Positions 10,701 to 17,561 of a stretch of 36,050 nucleotides of DNA are shown here, one piece after another; within the stretch, counting starts at the first letter, position 1; each line of letters opens with the position of its first letter. Both the position numbers and the translations under genes were made by a program. Below the pieces are notes generated by a model, which was not told the origin of the DNA, did no database searches, and saw nothing but the letters and a program-made list of their open reading frames with translations. Source of the DNA: Candidatus Woesearchaeota archaeon CG1_02_57_44 (GTDB lineage Archaea > Nanobdellota > Nanobdellia > Woesearchaeales > CG1-02-57-44); assembly GCA_001871415.1 (NCBI GenBank), contig MNWW01000029.1, positions 1 to 36,050 of the forward strand, written 5' to 3'.

Positions 10701-13700
10701 GAGCTTGACGCTGGCCACGCGAAGGTCAGGCTCTTGTTGCCCGTCACTGATCCTGAATCATTGACGTAGCTTATGAGTGGATATTGCGTATCAATGCTCA
10801 GGTTGTTGCGGAAGGTGCCATTGCTGTGGCCTGCGTAATCCGTGATGTTTGTGGTGATGTTGTACGCGCCATCGGGCAGGTCACTGTAGGCGACAACGCA
10901 GGTGGCGTTCGGGCTGCCGGTGCATGAGCCACTCAGGTTGAATCGCAGGGAGATGCTACTGAGTGTCATATTGAAGGTGGACGCGTTGATGCCATAGTTA
11001 TCGATGATGCTGATGGTGAACGAAGAGGTGTTGCTGGCTGTCGCATTGGGTATGGCGCTCAACACGATTGATGGCGCCTGGGCGTCATAGAAGGTCGTCA
11101 GGTTCCTGGTCGCGCCTGATCCGCTGGTGGATTCTCCTCGTATGCCGACGGTGTTATTGTTCGCAAAGAGCGGCAGCGTGATATTAAACCAGCCTGTCGC
11201 TGTCGACTGATTGAAGGCGCGCAGCACGGCGCCGGCTGGTATTGCCTGTTCAAGGACCGGCGAGACATTGATGCGGTATGTTCCGTCCAGCAGGTTGACG
11301 TTCTCCGTGATATTGTAGCGCAAGTACCAGCTGAGGGGATAATTGACTATCTCAATCCATAGGCCAGGGGTAAATAACGTGGCGTTCTCCTGGCTGATGA
11401 CCAGATAGTTCGCGCTCTGCGAGCTTTGCGCGGTAGTAATGCCGCTGGCGTTGAGGGTCTGGCTTCCGGTGCTGACCGCACTGCGGTTGATAGGCGTCTG
11501 CACGCCCTGTCGCGCGAACGCGAACGCGGTGCCGCTCTCATTCAGGTAGCCGACCACACTCACATTTGGCGTGGCAACAAAGGGGGGTAGGGGCCACACC
11601 GTTGGGAGCGAAGGCGGTGTGGCCACCGTGACTGTTGGGGAGCTGCGCCACTGCGAGTCATTGGCGCCAAAACTGTCTGTGACCAGGACGCTGCAGTATG
11701 CCTGATACCCTGCTGCCAGAGGGCCGTGCGTGCTTCCCACACCGTCCAGGGTGAAGCCCGAGCCGATGTTGACATACCAGTGGTACTGGCGTACGGAGGT
11801 GTTCTCGCTGTGGGATTCGGCATCGCCATAGCTGACCACGCAGCTGAGCGTATCTGTGGGGGTGAGCGTGGTCGGACTAATGGTGACATTCGCTGAAGGT
11901 CTGCTATTCACGGTGAAATTTGTTGTGAGCGTAGCGCCGGCGATCGGATAGTTGTTTGAGCAGTTGTAGCCTGCGTCGCAGATCCTCGCGTAATAGGCAT
12001 ACGTTCCCGTCGCTGTGATGGGTGTGGTGTATTTCGCGAATATGGGGTTCTGGCTGGTCAGGTCAGTGCGGTTGTAGGTGGTCTCCGCGCAGCCATTATC
12101 CTCTATCAGCGTTGAGTTGCAGATGTAGAGGCGAACCTGACTGCTGTCCGGGTCTGTCCAGTTGATGTAGAAGGTGATGTCATTGCCTGCCGCGGTCTGT
12201 TGCGTGGGGCTGGAGTCATCCCAGACCGCAGTGATATTGGGCATGTTGCCAGCGTTCGCGCTCGCGGCGATGGTAACTTTCGAGCTGTTCATGGCAGAGC
12301 CATACGCATATCCGTCATAGGGTCTGGCCTGGCAGAGCCACTGGTCGCCTGCCACGGTATTCCCGTTGGTGAGGTTGCGGTTGCTGGGGATGTCGTACAA
12401 GGAGAACGCGCCCGTACGGTTGACATACCAGGTATAGCTTACGATTACGGTCTGCGCATCGGTGTCATTGGTCGACACATTGCAATAGAGGTTCGTGGTG
12501 TCCGTGAATGGGCTTCCTGCTATCTGTATGCCTGTTATTGCTGGAGCGCGATTATAGACCAGATCGCCCTGCACTATCGACGAGCAATTGTAGCTGTCAT
12601 CGCAGGCCATCACGTAGTACGTCTCATTGGCCATATCATCGGTGAAGTGGCTTACTCTGGCGGCGCTGGCGTTGAACTCCAGGGTCGCGAGGCCGGGGCC
12701 TTCGGAGAGCGTCCTTGCGAACTCAAAGTCGAAGCAGCCGGAATTCTTGATGATGGCAGTGCTGTTGCAGATGTAGATGCGCACCTGTCTGCTGTCCGCG
12801 TCGGTCCAGTTGACCGTCCACTGTACTGTTCCGTCGACGGTCAGCGGGCTGGTGAAATTAGTGTTGTCGCTGACATTGATGATGATGGGGCTGAGCGTCG
12901 GTGTTACACCATCGATGGTCGCGCCGATGGTGGTGGTGGAGGAATTCATCGCTGTGCCAGCGCCAAAGCTATCTGAGGGGGTCACTTCGCAGATCCACTG
13001 GTCGCCGACCGCGGTGTTGCCGTGCGCGAGGACCTCAACATTGTCATTGTCGCACCAGGAGAAATCACTGCAGGAGCGGAAGCTGCTGCTGGTATTCGAG
13101 CGCACGAACCACTCATACTGATAGGTGATGCCGCCGTCAAAGCGATTGTCCTTCTGGGGCTCAAGAACAATGAGTTCACCATTATCATATTGGCTGTTGG
13201 CATTGAGATCATAATAAGAGAGGTTGGTCGCGTTCGTGATATTCTTGAGCGGCGCGTTGGCGCTGAGCAGGCCGTTGGCCTGCAGTATCACATAATCGCC
13301 TGCGGTGTAGGTTCCTGAGCCATCGCGGTCCCAGACGATGGACTCGGTCTTTGTGCCATTGTACTGGTAGATGCCATCGTTGTCTTGGTCATAGAATGTC
13401 AGGTTCTGGGATTCGCTGAAGTTGGTGAGCGCTTGGCCATTCGTGATGTTGTAGTTGTTGGTGATATCGGCATAAGGCGTCGCATTGCCGTCAGCGTCAA
13501 TGACGAGGTCGATGCGCAATTCATCAGAGTCATTGGCGGGCAGATGCATGCAGTTGAGGTTGGTGTCTGTTCCTGGTGTGCCTGAGGTGCTGGTGCTCGT
13601 TATGGCGACACTGACCATGTTCGGCATGGAATTGTTGTCCACCTGCAGGGTGCTGCTTGTTGATGCGTTCTCATGGCCTGTGGCGTTGCACCAGACCAGG

Positions 13701-15454
13701 TAGGTCTTCGCGCCGCTTGTCGCGAACGAGCGGTTGAACTCATAATAGGCTGAGGTCGCATTGAAGCTCATGTTGCCCGCAAGGTCGGAGAAACTCACCT
13801 GGCAGGTCGCGTTCCAGATCGCGCCCTGGGAGCTGTTTGTCGCGGTGTAATTGGCCAAGACGCGCAATGGGTGGTTGAGCTGCGTACCTTGGGAGAATGC
13901 ATTCAGCCGTGAATTGGGCGTCAGGGTGTAATTGGAGAACCCGGAGACATTGAAAATAAATGTGCCGCTGCTATAAGATATGTTCGCGCAGTTGGTGCAG
14001 GATGCGCTGTCGCGCAGGATATGCGGGACATACTCGAAGCTCTGGCTGAAGAGCGCGATGGTCGCGTTGCGGTTGAGCTGGGGCAGCGCAGAGCTGTTGA
14101 CAAACAACGAGTGAGGGCCAAAGATGATGTTATTGTCAAGATTTGCTCCCACGAGGTCCACTACACCAGTGAAATTGACTTGGCCTATGGCAGGGTTCGC
14201 GAGCGAGAGATTGTGGATTGCTGAGATATCCACATTGCTGAGGTTGGTCGAAAGGGCGTTGTCGAAGTTGGCGGCAGTGATGTTTGTGGTCAGCGTGATG
14301 GTCTGGGTGCTGACGGGTCCCTGATTGCCCAGGTGATCCTCAGCGAAGACACGAAGGGTGGTGGTGTCTGCGGCGAGCGTGATATTGAACTGGAACCAGC
14401 CGGTCGGCAAAGCGCCGTCATAGGCAGCGACGTTTTCCCCTGAAGTCACTGTAGCGGATAGTGCGGGGCTGATGGCGAGCTGCACCTGGCCGCCTCCTAA
14501 GTCTGTGCTTGCAGTAACGCTATAATAACGATACTGCGCGGGGACATGGCTGAACTGAACATACCTGCCGGTCGCAAAGGCGCTCGCCGAACCAGAGACC
14601 TGCACGCTGGTCTGCCCGGCTGATTGGGTCGTGGCAACCGTGCCGACGCCAGTGAGATTGCTCTTTATCTGGGAGAATCCCTGCGTCTGATAGTAGATGC
14701 CTGTACTCTCGTTGAGCAGGCGCAGATAGATGGTGACGTTTGACTCATTGGCAAAGCCTGACACATTCTGGGACATCCTGCTCGTCGTATCTGGCAGGGA
14801 TTCCAGGAGGGGGGCGCCAGGCGCGGTCGTGTCCAGCCAGGTGGTAACGGTCGCGTTGCCGGTATTGCTGCTCGTGTCCTGTGCGATGACCGTGATGTTG
14901 TTCTCTCCTTCGCTGAGCGTCACGGTCGTGTTGAGGCATCCGCTGATGGATGATGAAGCGTCGTTCTTGTTGACGGTGCAGCCGGCAGTATTGATTGCGA
15001 CATTGTCGGCCAGCGTGAAGTTCAGGGACACGGTCGCGGTCGTGTAGTTCTTTGCGATGGGGCTCTGGATGGTGACGGTAGGCTTGTCAACATCCGAGGT
15101 GGTGAAGTTGCGTAGAGAGGAATTGCCACAGTGGCCATTGGCATTGCAGGATTGCAGCGCGAAGTAGTAGAACGTCGCGTTATGCAGCGGTCCTACCAGG
15201 ATACTGTGGCTCACGGTCGGTCCGGCGGAGTAATTGCTCAAGGTGCCGCTGAATGCGATGTCATAGGCGGCGCTGGTATTCACCGCATAGCTAACGTTGC
15301 TTGACGCGGTCTCATTCGTGGACCAGGAGACGGTCAGGAATTCCGCCCCGCTGGTGGTGCTTATGGAGCTTATCTGTGGCGCCGCGTATACGCTCAAGGT
15401 GAGGAGCAACGCTACCACGAACAATGTGGCCCTTATTTTTGCGTCGCGTTCCAT
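1763..15454 (-). CDS. Giant (~4,563 aa) multidomain cell-surface protein, putative adhesin, with signal peptide, C-terminal TM anchor and cytoplasmic tail
   Basis: Uninterrupted ORF with an N-terminal signal peptide (KIRATLFVVALLLTLSVYA). It has many FN3/Ig-like repeats (D.T.P boundaries, Y.YAIGT), a LamG-like domain (GTIAFW...HIALAW...FDEFIIFN), CBM4/9-like inserts (NLLLNPGFE) and cadherin-like V.ND.P repeats. These are followed by an Asp-rich TSP3-like motif, a Gly linker, Cys-rich repeats and a TM helix (WIVWILLPLILLLLIGIVWMLV). ATG 15454 lies just after the abrB stop. Confidence 0.9.
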   Translation of the reverse strand: MERDAKIRATLFVVALLLTLSVYAAPQISSISTTSGAEFLTVSWSTNETASSNVSYAVNTSAAYDIAFSGTLSNYSAGPTVSHSILVGPLHNATFYYFALQSCNANGHCGNSSLRNFTTSDVDKPTVTIQSPIAKNYTTATVSLNFTLADNVAINTAGCTVNKNDASSSISGCLNTTVTLSEGENNITVIAQDTSSNTGNATVTTWLDTTAPGAPLLESLPDTTSRMSQNVSGFANESNVTIYLRLLNESTGIYYQTQGFSQIKSNLTGVGTVATTQSAGQTSVQVSGSASAFATGRYVQFSHVPAQYRYYSVTASTDLGGGQVQLAISPALSATVTSGENVAAYDGALPTGWFQFNITLAADTTTLRVFAEDHLGNQGPVSTQTITLTTNITAANFDNALSTNLSNVDISAIHNLSLANPAIGQVNFTGVVDLVGANLDNNIIFGPHSLFVNSSALPQLNRNATIALFSQSFEYVPHILRDSASCTNCANISYSSGTFIFNVSGFSNYTLTPNSRLNAFSQGTQLNHPLRVLANYTATNSSQGAIWNATCQVSFSDLAGNMSFNATSAYYEFNRSFATSGAKTYLVWCNATGHENASTSSTLQVDNNSMPNMVSVAITSTSTSGTPGTDTNLNCMHLPANDSDELRIDLVIDADGNATPYADITNNYNITNGQALTNFSESQNLTFYDQDNDGIYQYNGTKTESIVWDRDGSGTYTAGDYVILQANGLLSANAPLKNITNATNLSYYDLNANSQYDNGELIVLEPQKDNRFDGGITYQYEWFVRSNTSSSFRSCSDFSWCDNDNVEVLAHGNTAVGDQWICEVTPSDSFGAGTAMNSSTTTIGATIDGVTPTLSPIIINVSDNTNFTSPLTVDGTVQWTVNWTDADSRQVRIYICNSTAIIKNSGCFDFEFARTLSEGPGLATLEFNASAARVSHFTDDMANETYYVMACDDSYNCSSIVQGDLVYNRAPAITGIQIAGSPFTDTTNLYCNVSTNDTDAQTVIVSYTWYVNRTGAFSLYDIPSNRNLTNGNTVAGDQWLCQARPYDGYAYGSAMNSSKVTIAASANAGNMPNITAVWDDSSPTQQTAAGNDITFYINWTDPDSSQVRLYICNSTLIEDNGCAETTYNRTDLTSQNPIFAKYTTPITATGTYAYYARICDAGYNCSNNYPIAGATLTTNFTVNSRPSANVTISPTTLTPTDTLSCVVSYGDAESHSENTSVRQYHWYVNIGSGFTLDGVGSTHGPLAAGYQAYCSVLVTDSFGANDSQWRSSPTVTVATPPSLPTVWPLPPFVATPNVSVVGYLNESGTAFAFARQGVQTPINRSAVSTGSQTLNASGITTAQSSQSANYLVISQENATLFTPGLWIEIVNYPLSWYLRYNITENVNLLDGTYRINVSPVLEQAIPAGAVLRAFNQSTATGWFNITLPLFANNNTVGIRGESTSGSGATRNLTTFYDAQAPSIVLSAIPNATASNTSSFTISIIDNYGINASTFNMTLSSISLRFNLSGSCTGSPNATCVVAYSDLPDGAYNITTNITDYAGHSNGTFRNNLSIDTQYPLISYVNDSGSVTGNKSLTFAWPASSSLSGISAYEIALGTAVYPDAGYASIQTFSRINTTSAMINASLQANTVYYAQVRAISGANRTGAVTTSNGILFMDTTVPDCTLDARSGNICARFPSTYTNNNGTLQVYWNFTDAESGIADYEYAIGTATYPNTGFDILVPRTSTSSNDFTISGLSLAHGQSYFINVKSRNTFGLWSDWFTSANTTIDLVPPYNGSISYPNGFIAAATTFVSVKEGIDNLSGIASVQMDIGKTAMSQQGTCPGTYLYELFNVSGFPRGDVQVNASLQDGYCYKFRYTVTDRAGNSKVYPLSNETMVTRVDSTPPSPVTVYDNGFYTYLGTELNASWSNSVDAESGIALYRYAISDPSGIIFGWQNTTQTSVRVTGLNLSHQQTYYVNVTAVSNANLSSNISSSDGIMYLDVTPPSPVVVVSVDNDTNSSDGWIDLQDNGNTTISAWGEPGIQCVYNATDIDYSTAYGTVCNATTIDTQTQVNCTINNLAQGTYTYHIACMDANGNKQDYTQNTDVSFSVDWPDTPVAQNLTITALSQTGIFISNSTAYTDSILNCSATFTDADGNMTREASQIRWYNSTNLSAAYLVAENSTLNLSQPGFDRDMNISCLYRVYDTSGLVSDWINTSSTINNSPPLRSQLRSPSTFGLLNRLALFNWSNSSDADSDTLWYQLDIANDTTFGVLNTTLNGTGTTAYLNTTNLTDGVWYWRVRACDNTSYANTCAASDNQSFRVDNTAPNVTILAPTNTQVVGGSILLQAEIFDLIAGISSVTYNVSNGTGTWAYGNLSSSGSNIWQVTWHTNESVPNGTYSLQIISTDLANNSNTSVRNFTVDNSVPLITIWTPNYNERYVNTNITLNVSIRDFTDANITVINWTGALLINQTNTSVVVRDLNWTHFLNVENLSNGNYTLIIDVVDNVSNFNHDNFTFFVDRLPPAWSGQAINQDVVYNDVNPTISATWPNSWNQVANRYDLSVVYLFYNISLGSYNHIFNSTFYPNNPPTGEETFSALINASVLNNTARVEWWSTAIDFAGNSNSTPLRNFTVRNRAPLLNQSLTPTLAEDQNTTINLSGYYIDPDNNAVHAASDTLTYSVTVFPQHTLFYQDFENATSLAVFGNATQVSFVPGEVGNAATIQTGTTNLLLNPGFEILGNSPANWTATGAPEHNTSGLYNASGDAGVRVNVNSYWYQDVPVTASQTYTLSAKLRNSSGTSARLHIEWLSGALVSLGNNLDCSNCSSNPYVNDSFARYSTTAQAPASAAYARVMADSAAVGYVLIDEMQFEEHSVATSYTNASRANSHVTFATSGRINAQQGTIAFWMIPYWNATDTTPRTLIDADDFTGLGLTLTRNINQSLQMTLGSASISAPMSPIVHGVPLHIALAWNETSMRLFINGTVIARYQAALSQPVLPADFSIGSTLSPFLYQADASFDEFIIFNASLSDARVRQIVDDGTTSSVNVTAAIQSTTQLFLQAGANYHGTNVLRIFANDNHGLFTYTDMLPVTVTSVNDLPAFSAFPTVQMTEDIAQAFAINLNDYVTDADNEPVSFTFSTLSAAAVSITPVRNILQNPYFANNTGTTAVNWTITGTNGYNLSDGVFASIQAINLSFLPNTTTATLYQRAISYYKANSTVAIAFWHRTNDTRLNRSIVVQQIGEDGSILNTTTKSFSGTAAWQRITTTVQTLTISNATLNISVRISPSADDIDAWDYLARAEANISGNYTSIMPAADQSGLYNVTVFASDASATANTTLIINITAVNDAPTFTGTIPNTLFPEDSVLTNWTNLEEYFLDIDSDLTYTFFFTNTSVNASVKTSRDLLDNGNFSLDANSDNLSDAWTMTGLANISRSVWNTSYSQALITTPGAGEIAFHQDTSEYLRNATNLTWQFWYVINDTNMTGTSISASLQQRDSSGNVLSQQRINLSNTTSWSMARVNMTINSSPANLRVQILVNATADGKDSNLSLANMTLDALGAWADIYATTNFSSNSTLVINATDGEYTVSSNAIRVNVTNINDPPQVSSSLSVINVTKNTQATQLNLSAYVTDPDHDAITYTLVSVNTSNVSASISGENISLLAQHNWYGLANATFQATDGQNTTTASFLLNVTTLCPQPLDGSDWQVSNATCMDESLTLGIINVTGAFTLQNTSLTFTTLNGYGRLTAMASALSGTLRAAQGASATFTNTTISTLIASGNASVSITAGSISNLSATQENISATNLTGENRTGSLLGARLNLTFTDTAISWLGVAGNNSVTVQDTTADEVILTDATALLNASTISNLRIANSTATINATITTLRASANATIQADHAVFGTLGSLEGLGIITFNGSLATGAATTIIDNTTVLRYYEANVTNAVGIGYRNATLQARSGSVVLYNGTTRNGSLTINLTFNTTTVTTAFDLYVEDLKLSTIALHTSSPIALSNGSLDEDNDGIPDRLDDDNDNDGISNSADSVWGNLSDVTTNVTSLNMTINASSDLSGNYSGELQINVTADNNIRINYTHNFSTPGSMPLSLYNITITYQNNSNRSSLQLLGFTPLGTKDVQLPRAFNLSNAICIKDDANAGTTLSSACTSAGETLVACPGTSGNYNCSATNTTFSIRGLGNSTMQEYYSLCGDGVCDGLESSSTCSADCGSGGGGGTGGGGGSSGGGGSGGYFLPATKATCSDNKQNGNETGIDCGGDVCGACLSGQNCSVNSDCLSGYCGPAPSGSASATAGVCAAPTCSDHVRNQGETGIDCGGPCNSCAQVASCYDRIRNQGETGIDCGGPCTACAPSITGAAVTATCSDGIQNQAETGLDCGGPCAPCTTPRNESGLPTTEPKTWIVWILLPLILLLLIGIVWMLVANRREHALEDELRRQHMESLRQAPLQSTNYPTSSSDHSSAGQGALRSAALYTSAMHTTAEVAPDVPPELANYVKSLSLAGTGKRELLQKLTDAGWPPATAADAIDNHYVDSHAVGIQRLADYIASQMAAGRDVSEVRQFLVISGWDDELIDEALRRARQ
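2356..2786 (-). repeat. Four intragenic Cys-rich repeats (C-x-D-x-x-x-N-x-x-E-T-G-h-D-C-G-G-x-C) in the giant protein stalk
   Basis: The copies are CSDNKQNGNETGIDCGGDVC, CSDHVRNQGETGIDCGGPC, CYDRIRNQGETGIDCGGPC and CSDGIQNQAETGLDCGGPC. A 34-bp DNA segment is identical at 2478-2511 and 2559-2592. Confidence 0.9.
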
Positions 15455-15456
15455 TA

Positions 15457-15747
15457 TCACACCAGCTCGAACTTGCCCTGCTTTTGTTTTTGATAGCGAT
15501 CCTTTGCCGTGTCCAGGTTCTTGCGTTTCACCTTGATAGCGTCAGCTTTCGCGTCGATAGCGTCAAGCTCTTCTTTGTGGTCAGCCAGAGGCTTAGCGTC
15601 AATCTTCTTGAGAAGGATGCCCTCGTCGGTCACCACATATACCCAGAACCCGGTCCCTTCCTCGATGCCCAATTCGTCGCGCACGTCCTTTGGTATGACC
15701 AACTGGCCACGACCATCCACCTGGACCATGCGCGGGAATCGTTTCAT
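15457..15747 (-). CDS. AbrB/MazE/SpoVT-family DNA-binding protein
   Basis: Carries the swapped-hairpin signature VQVDGRGQLVIPKDVRDELGIEEG...ILLKK plus a C-terminal helical extension. Confidence 0.9.
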   Translation of the reverse strand: MKRFPRMVQVDGRGQLVIPKDVRDELGIEEGTGFWVYVVTDEGILLKKIDAKPLADHKEELDAIDAKADAIKVKRKNLDTAKDRYQKQKQGKFELV

Positions 15748-15925
15748 TGTTCTGATTTTCTGAATTTATTTCTTAAAATTGGATTTATTATTTTATTATC
15801 AGTGAACTTATTTGAGAAACTTACAAAATGTACGTTATTCCGACAATGTAATTGTAATATCATATTTTGGCTCTTATTGTATATACAATTTTCTGATTAT
15901 CAGAGAAGGAGGTATATATAGTTTG
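15748..15925 (-). promoter_or_regulatory. AT-rich promoter/operator region upstream of abrB and the giant protein gene
   Basis: GC content drops sharply here. A TATA-like TTTTAAGA (minus strand, 15778-15771) lies ~25-30 nt before the ATG. There is a perfect palindrome ATTGTATATACAAT at 15876-15889 and an inverted repeat TCTGAT-T-ATCAGA at 15892-15904. Confidence 0.6.
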
Positions 15926-16044
15926 CGATGCGGCAGAGCCTGATGAGGTTGCGTCTCTGTTGGCTATTGATGCGGGCAACTTCAAACGGCATTTTCGTCT
16001 TGTTTGGCTCGATGCTGCGGTCTTTCTGCTGGTTGGTCCAGTGG

Positions 16045-16059
16045 AAAAGAATAGAAAAA
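16045..16059 (-). terminator. Oligo-T tract directly after the tRNA 3' end
   Basis: The minus strand reads TTTTTCTATTCTTTT immediately after the discriminator base, consistent with an archaeal U-rich terminator. Confidence 0.6.
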
Positions 16060-16186
16060 AGCGGGGGGAGGGAATTGAACCCCCGAATCATCGGTATCAG
16101 CCACTCATCGCGCTTCTGCGCTCGTCATACCTAGCTTCCCAGGCACTTGCCTGCAGCCGATCGCCTTACCGCTTGGCTACCCCCGC
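16060..16186 (-). tRNA. tRNA-Cys(GCA) with an intron at position 37/38; CCA not encoded
   Basis: The minus strand folds as acceptor GCGGGGG/CCCCCGC, D arm GCC-AAGCGGTAA-GGC, anticodon stem ATCGG/CCGAT with loop CT-GCA-G[intron]A, and T arm GGGGG-TTCAATT-CCCTC. Discriminator U73 fits Cys identity. Confidence 0.88.
16096..16150 (-). other. 55-nt tRNA intron
   Basis: Removing GCAAGTGCC...GTGGCTGAT restores a 7-nt anticodon loop. A canonical bulge-helix-bulge was not evident by eye, so the boundaries may shift slightly. Confidence 0.75.
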
Positions 16187-16213
16187 GGCAGAAAAATCAG
16201 AAACCCTACGCCG

Positions 16214-16224
16214 TTTTTATATAT
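16214..16224 (-). promoter_or_regulatory. TATA box of the tRNA-Cys gene
   Basis: The minus strand reads ATATATAAAAA about 30-38 nt upstream of the mature tRNA 5' end. Confidence 0.65.
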
Positions 16225-16282
16225 TGTTATTGTCTGCGGTGGCAAAAGACGGATTTTGGACTGTGAGATTATTCTGGTCCTT

Positions 16283-17428
16283 TCATGTATCTGTCATCAG
16301 CACCACTTCATGCAGGTCATGAATCGTTGGGGCATGGTGATTGTTCTTCTTTGTCACTGCTGGAAAGAGCACTTGCCACGCGAGTAGTTCGCGGCGCAGC
16401 AATTCCAGTGCTGCTGGCAAATATGACCCTGGCATGGTGGAGGCGCGCAGTTGAAAGCCTGCTCGCTTGGACTTGTGCAGCAGGTAGGATGCTGTCCATG
16501 CCTGTATCTCCTGGCCTATTGGTACGTGTCCGGTGTCTGATGGGGATTGTTCGGACAAGGGTACGAGCAGTCTCATGTCATACTCTGCCCGGTCCTCCAG
16601 GATGAGCATATGGTCATCAGTATAGATACGATAACAGCCACTGGCATCTTTTGCCGTCAGGGGCTGCTCTTCTGGCACACATAGCAGGATTGGCGATGGT
16701 CTCAGGCGCTGCAGGGAATCCGGTGCTTTGGCTAATGCAGCTGTTGCGCTCAGTCCTTCTCTCAGCAATAGTGCTTGCATGAGCGCGATGAAGTCACCGG
16801 CTCTGCTGATGTTGCTTGCTATGGCGGGGATGCAGAACTTCAGGGAATTTTGCTCCTGTTCTGTTGGAACTGCTGTATGATGGTCCTGTGGGATAACGAT
16901 GTCGGCGATACTCATGTCGGCGAAACCTATGGGGGATGAAGGGGCGTTCGGGTCATTGCCTATGCTGGCAGGTTCGATTATTGTTTGATTCTGTCCTGAT
17001 GTCTCTGTCTGCTGCAGCGGAAATAGACGCTGCACGCTGGGACACGACCATTTGACATCAATGAGCAGGGTGCTATTGTTCCAGTGCGCTTCAAACGGGA
17101 ATGAACGGCAGGCTTTGGGGCGATTGGCGTAGATAGCGCAGTGTCCTGCCTGGTGGAATGTGCAGTTGCCGCTTGCAGTGCCAGACATGATATGTGTTTT
17201 GTCTGTTTGGTTGACGGATTGGATTTTTGCCTTGGGTGCGTTGACTGTTTCAATCGCGCTTTCAGAAATCTGCAGGAGTCGCTCTCGCTCTCTAGGCAGC
17301 ACCTCTGCCCTGCTGGCGAAGCAGCACAGGCCGCAATTAGCGCAGGCAAAGTGAAATGGCTGAGGAAATGTGGATTGCCAGGGGACTACTCTGCTGTTAA
17401 GGGTGGTGATTCCTGTATATGGCTGCAT
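16283..17428 (-). CDS. YkgJ/CxxCxxCC-family Zn- or Fe-S-chelating domain protein with a long unknown C-terminal region
   Basis: Contains FACANCGLCC...CTFHQAGHCAIYANRPKACRSFPF. A TATA-like TTATATA at ~17451-17457 lies ~25-30 nt upstream of the start. Confidence 0.8.
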   Translation of the reverse strand: MQPYTGITTLNSRVVPWQSTFPQPFHFACANCGLCCFASRAEVLPRERERLLQISESAIETVNAPKAKIQSVNQTDKTHIMSGTASGNCTFHQAGHCAIYANRPKACRSFPFEAHWNNSTLLIDVKWSCPSVQRLFPLQQTETSGQNQTIIEPASIGNDPNAPSSPIGFADMSIADIVIPQDHHTAVPTEQEQNSLKFCIPAIASNISRAGDFIALMQALLLREGLSATAALAKAPDSLQRLRPSPILLCVPEEQPLTAKDASGCYRIYTDDHMLILEDRAEYDMRLLVPLSEQSPSDTGHVPIGQEIQAWTASYLLHKSKRAGFQLRASTMPGSYLPAALELLRRELLAWQVLFPAVTKKNNHHAPTIHDLHEVVLMTDT

Positions 17429-17561
17429 AGCTAACGGGGATGCGCTGTTCTATATAATAATAAATATGATGAAATAGAGCATACTGGGTCTTTGGGAAAC
17501 AGAGAACGCGGAGTTTTTGGCGGGATTTGTCTATCTATATGCTCTGTCTGTTCCTGTCCTG

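Noticed and set aside
2160..15921. Numerous + strand ORFs opposite the giant gene and abrB
   Set aside because: These are antisense shadows of a GC3-biased coding strand with no recognisable motifs.
16090..16102. Alternative reading as tRNA-Ile from GGCTGATACC at the intron 3' end
   Set aside because: It gives only a 6-nt loop, whereas CT-GCA-GA gives a proper 7-nt loop, and U73 fits Cys.
16060..16186. tRNA as an integration site for a mobile element
   Set aside because: No integrase or transposase is present, and no duplicate of the tRNA 3' end was seen in the window.
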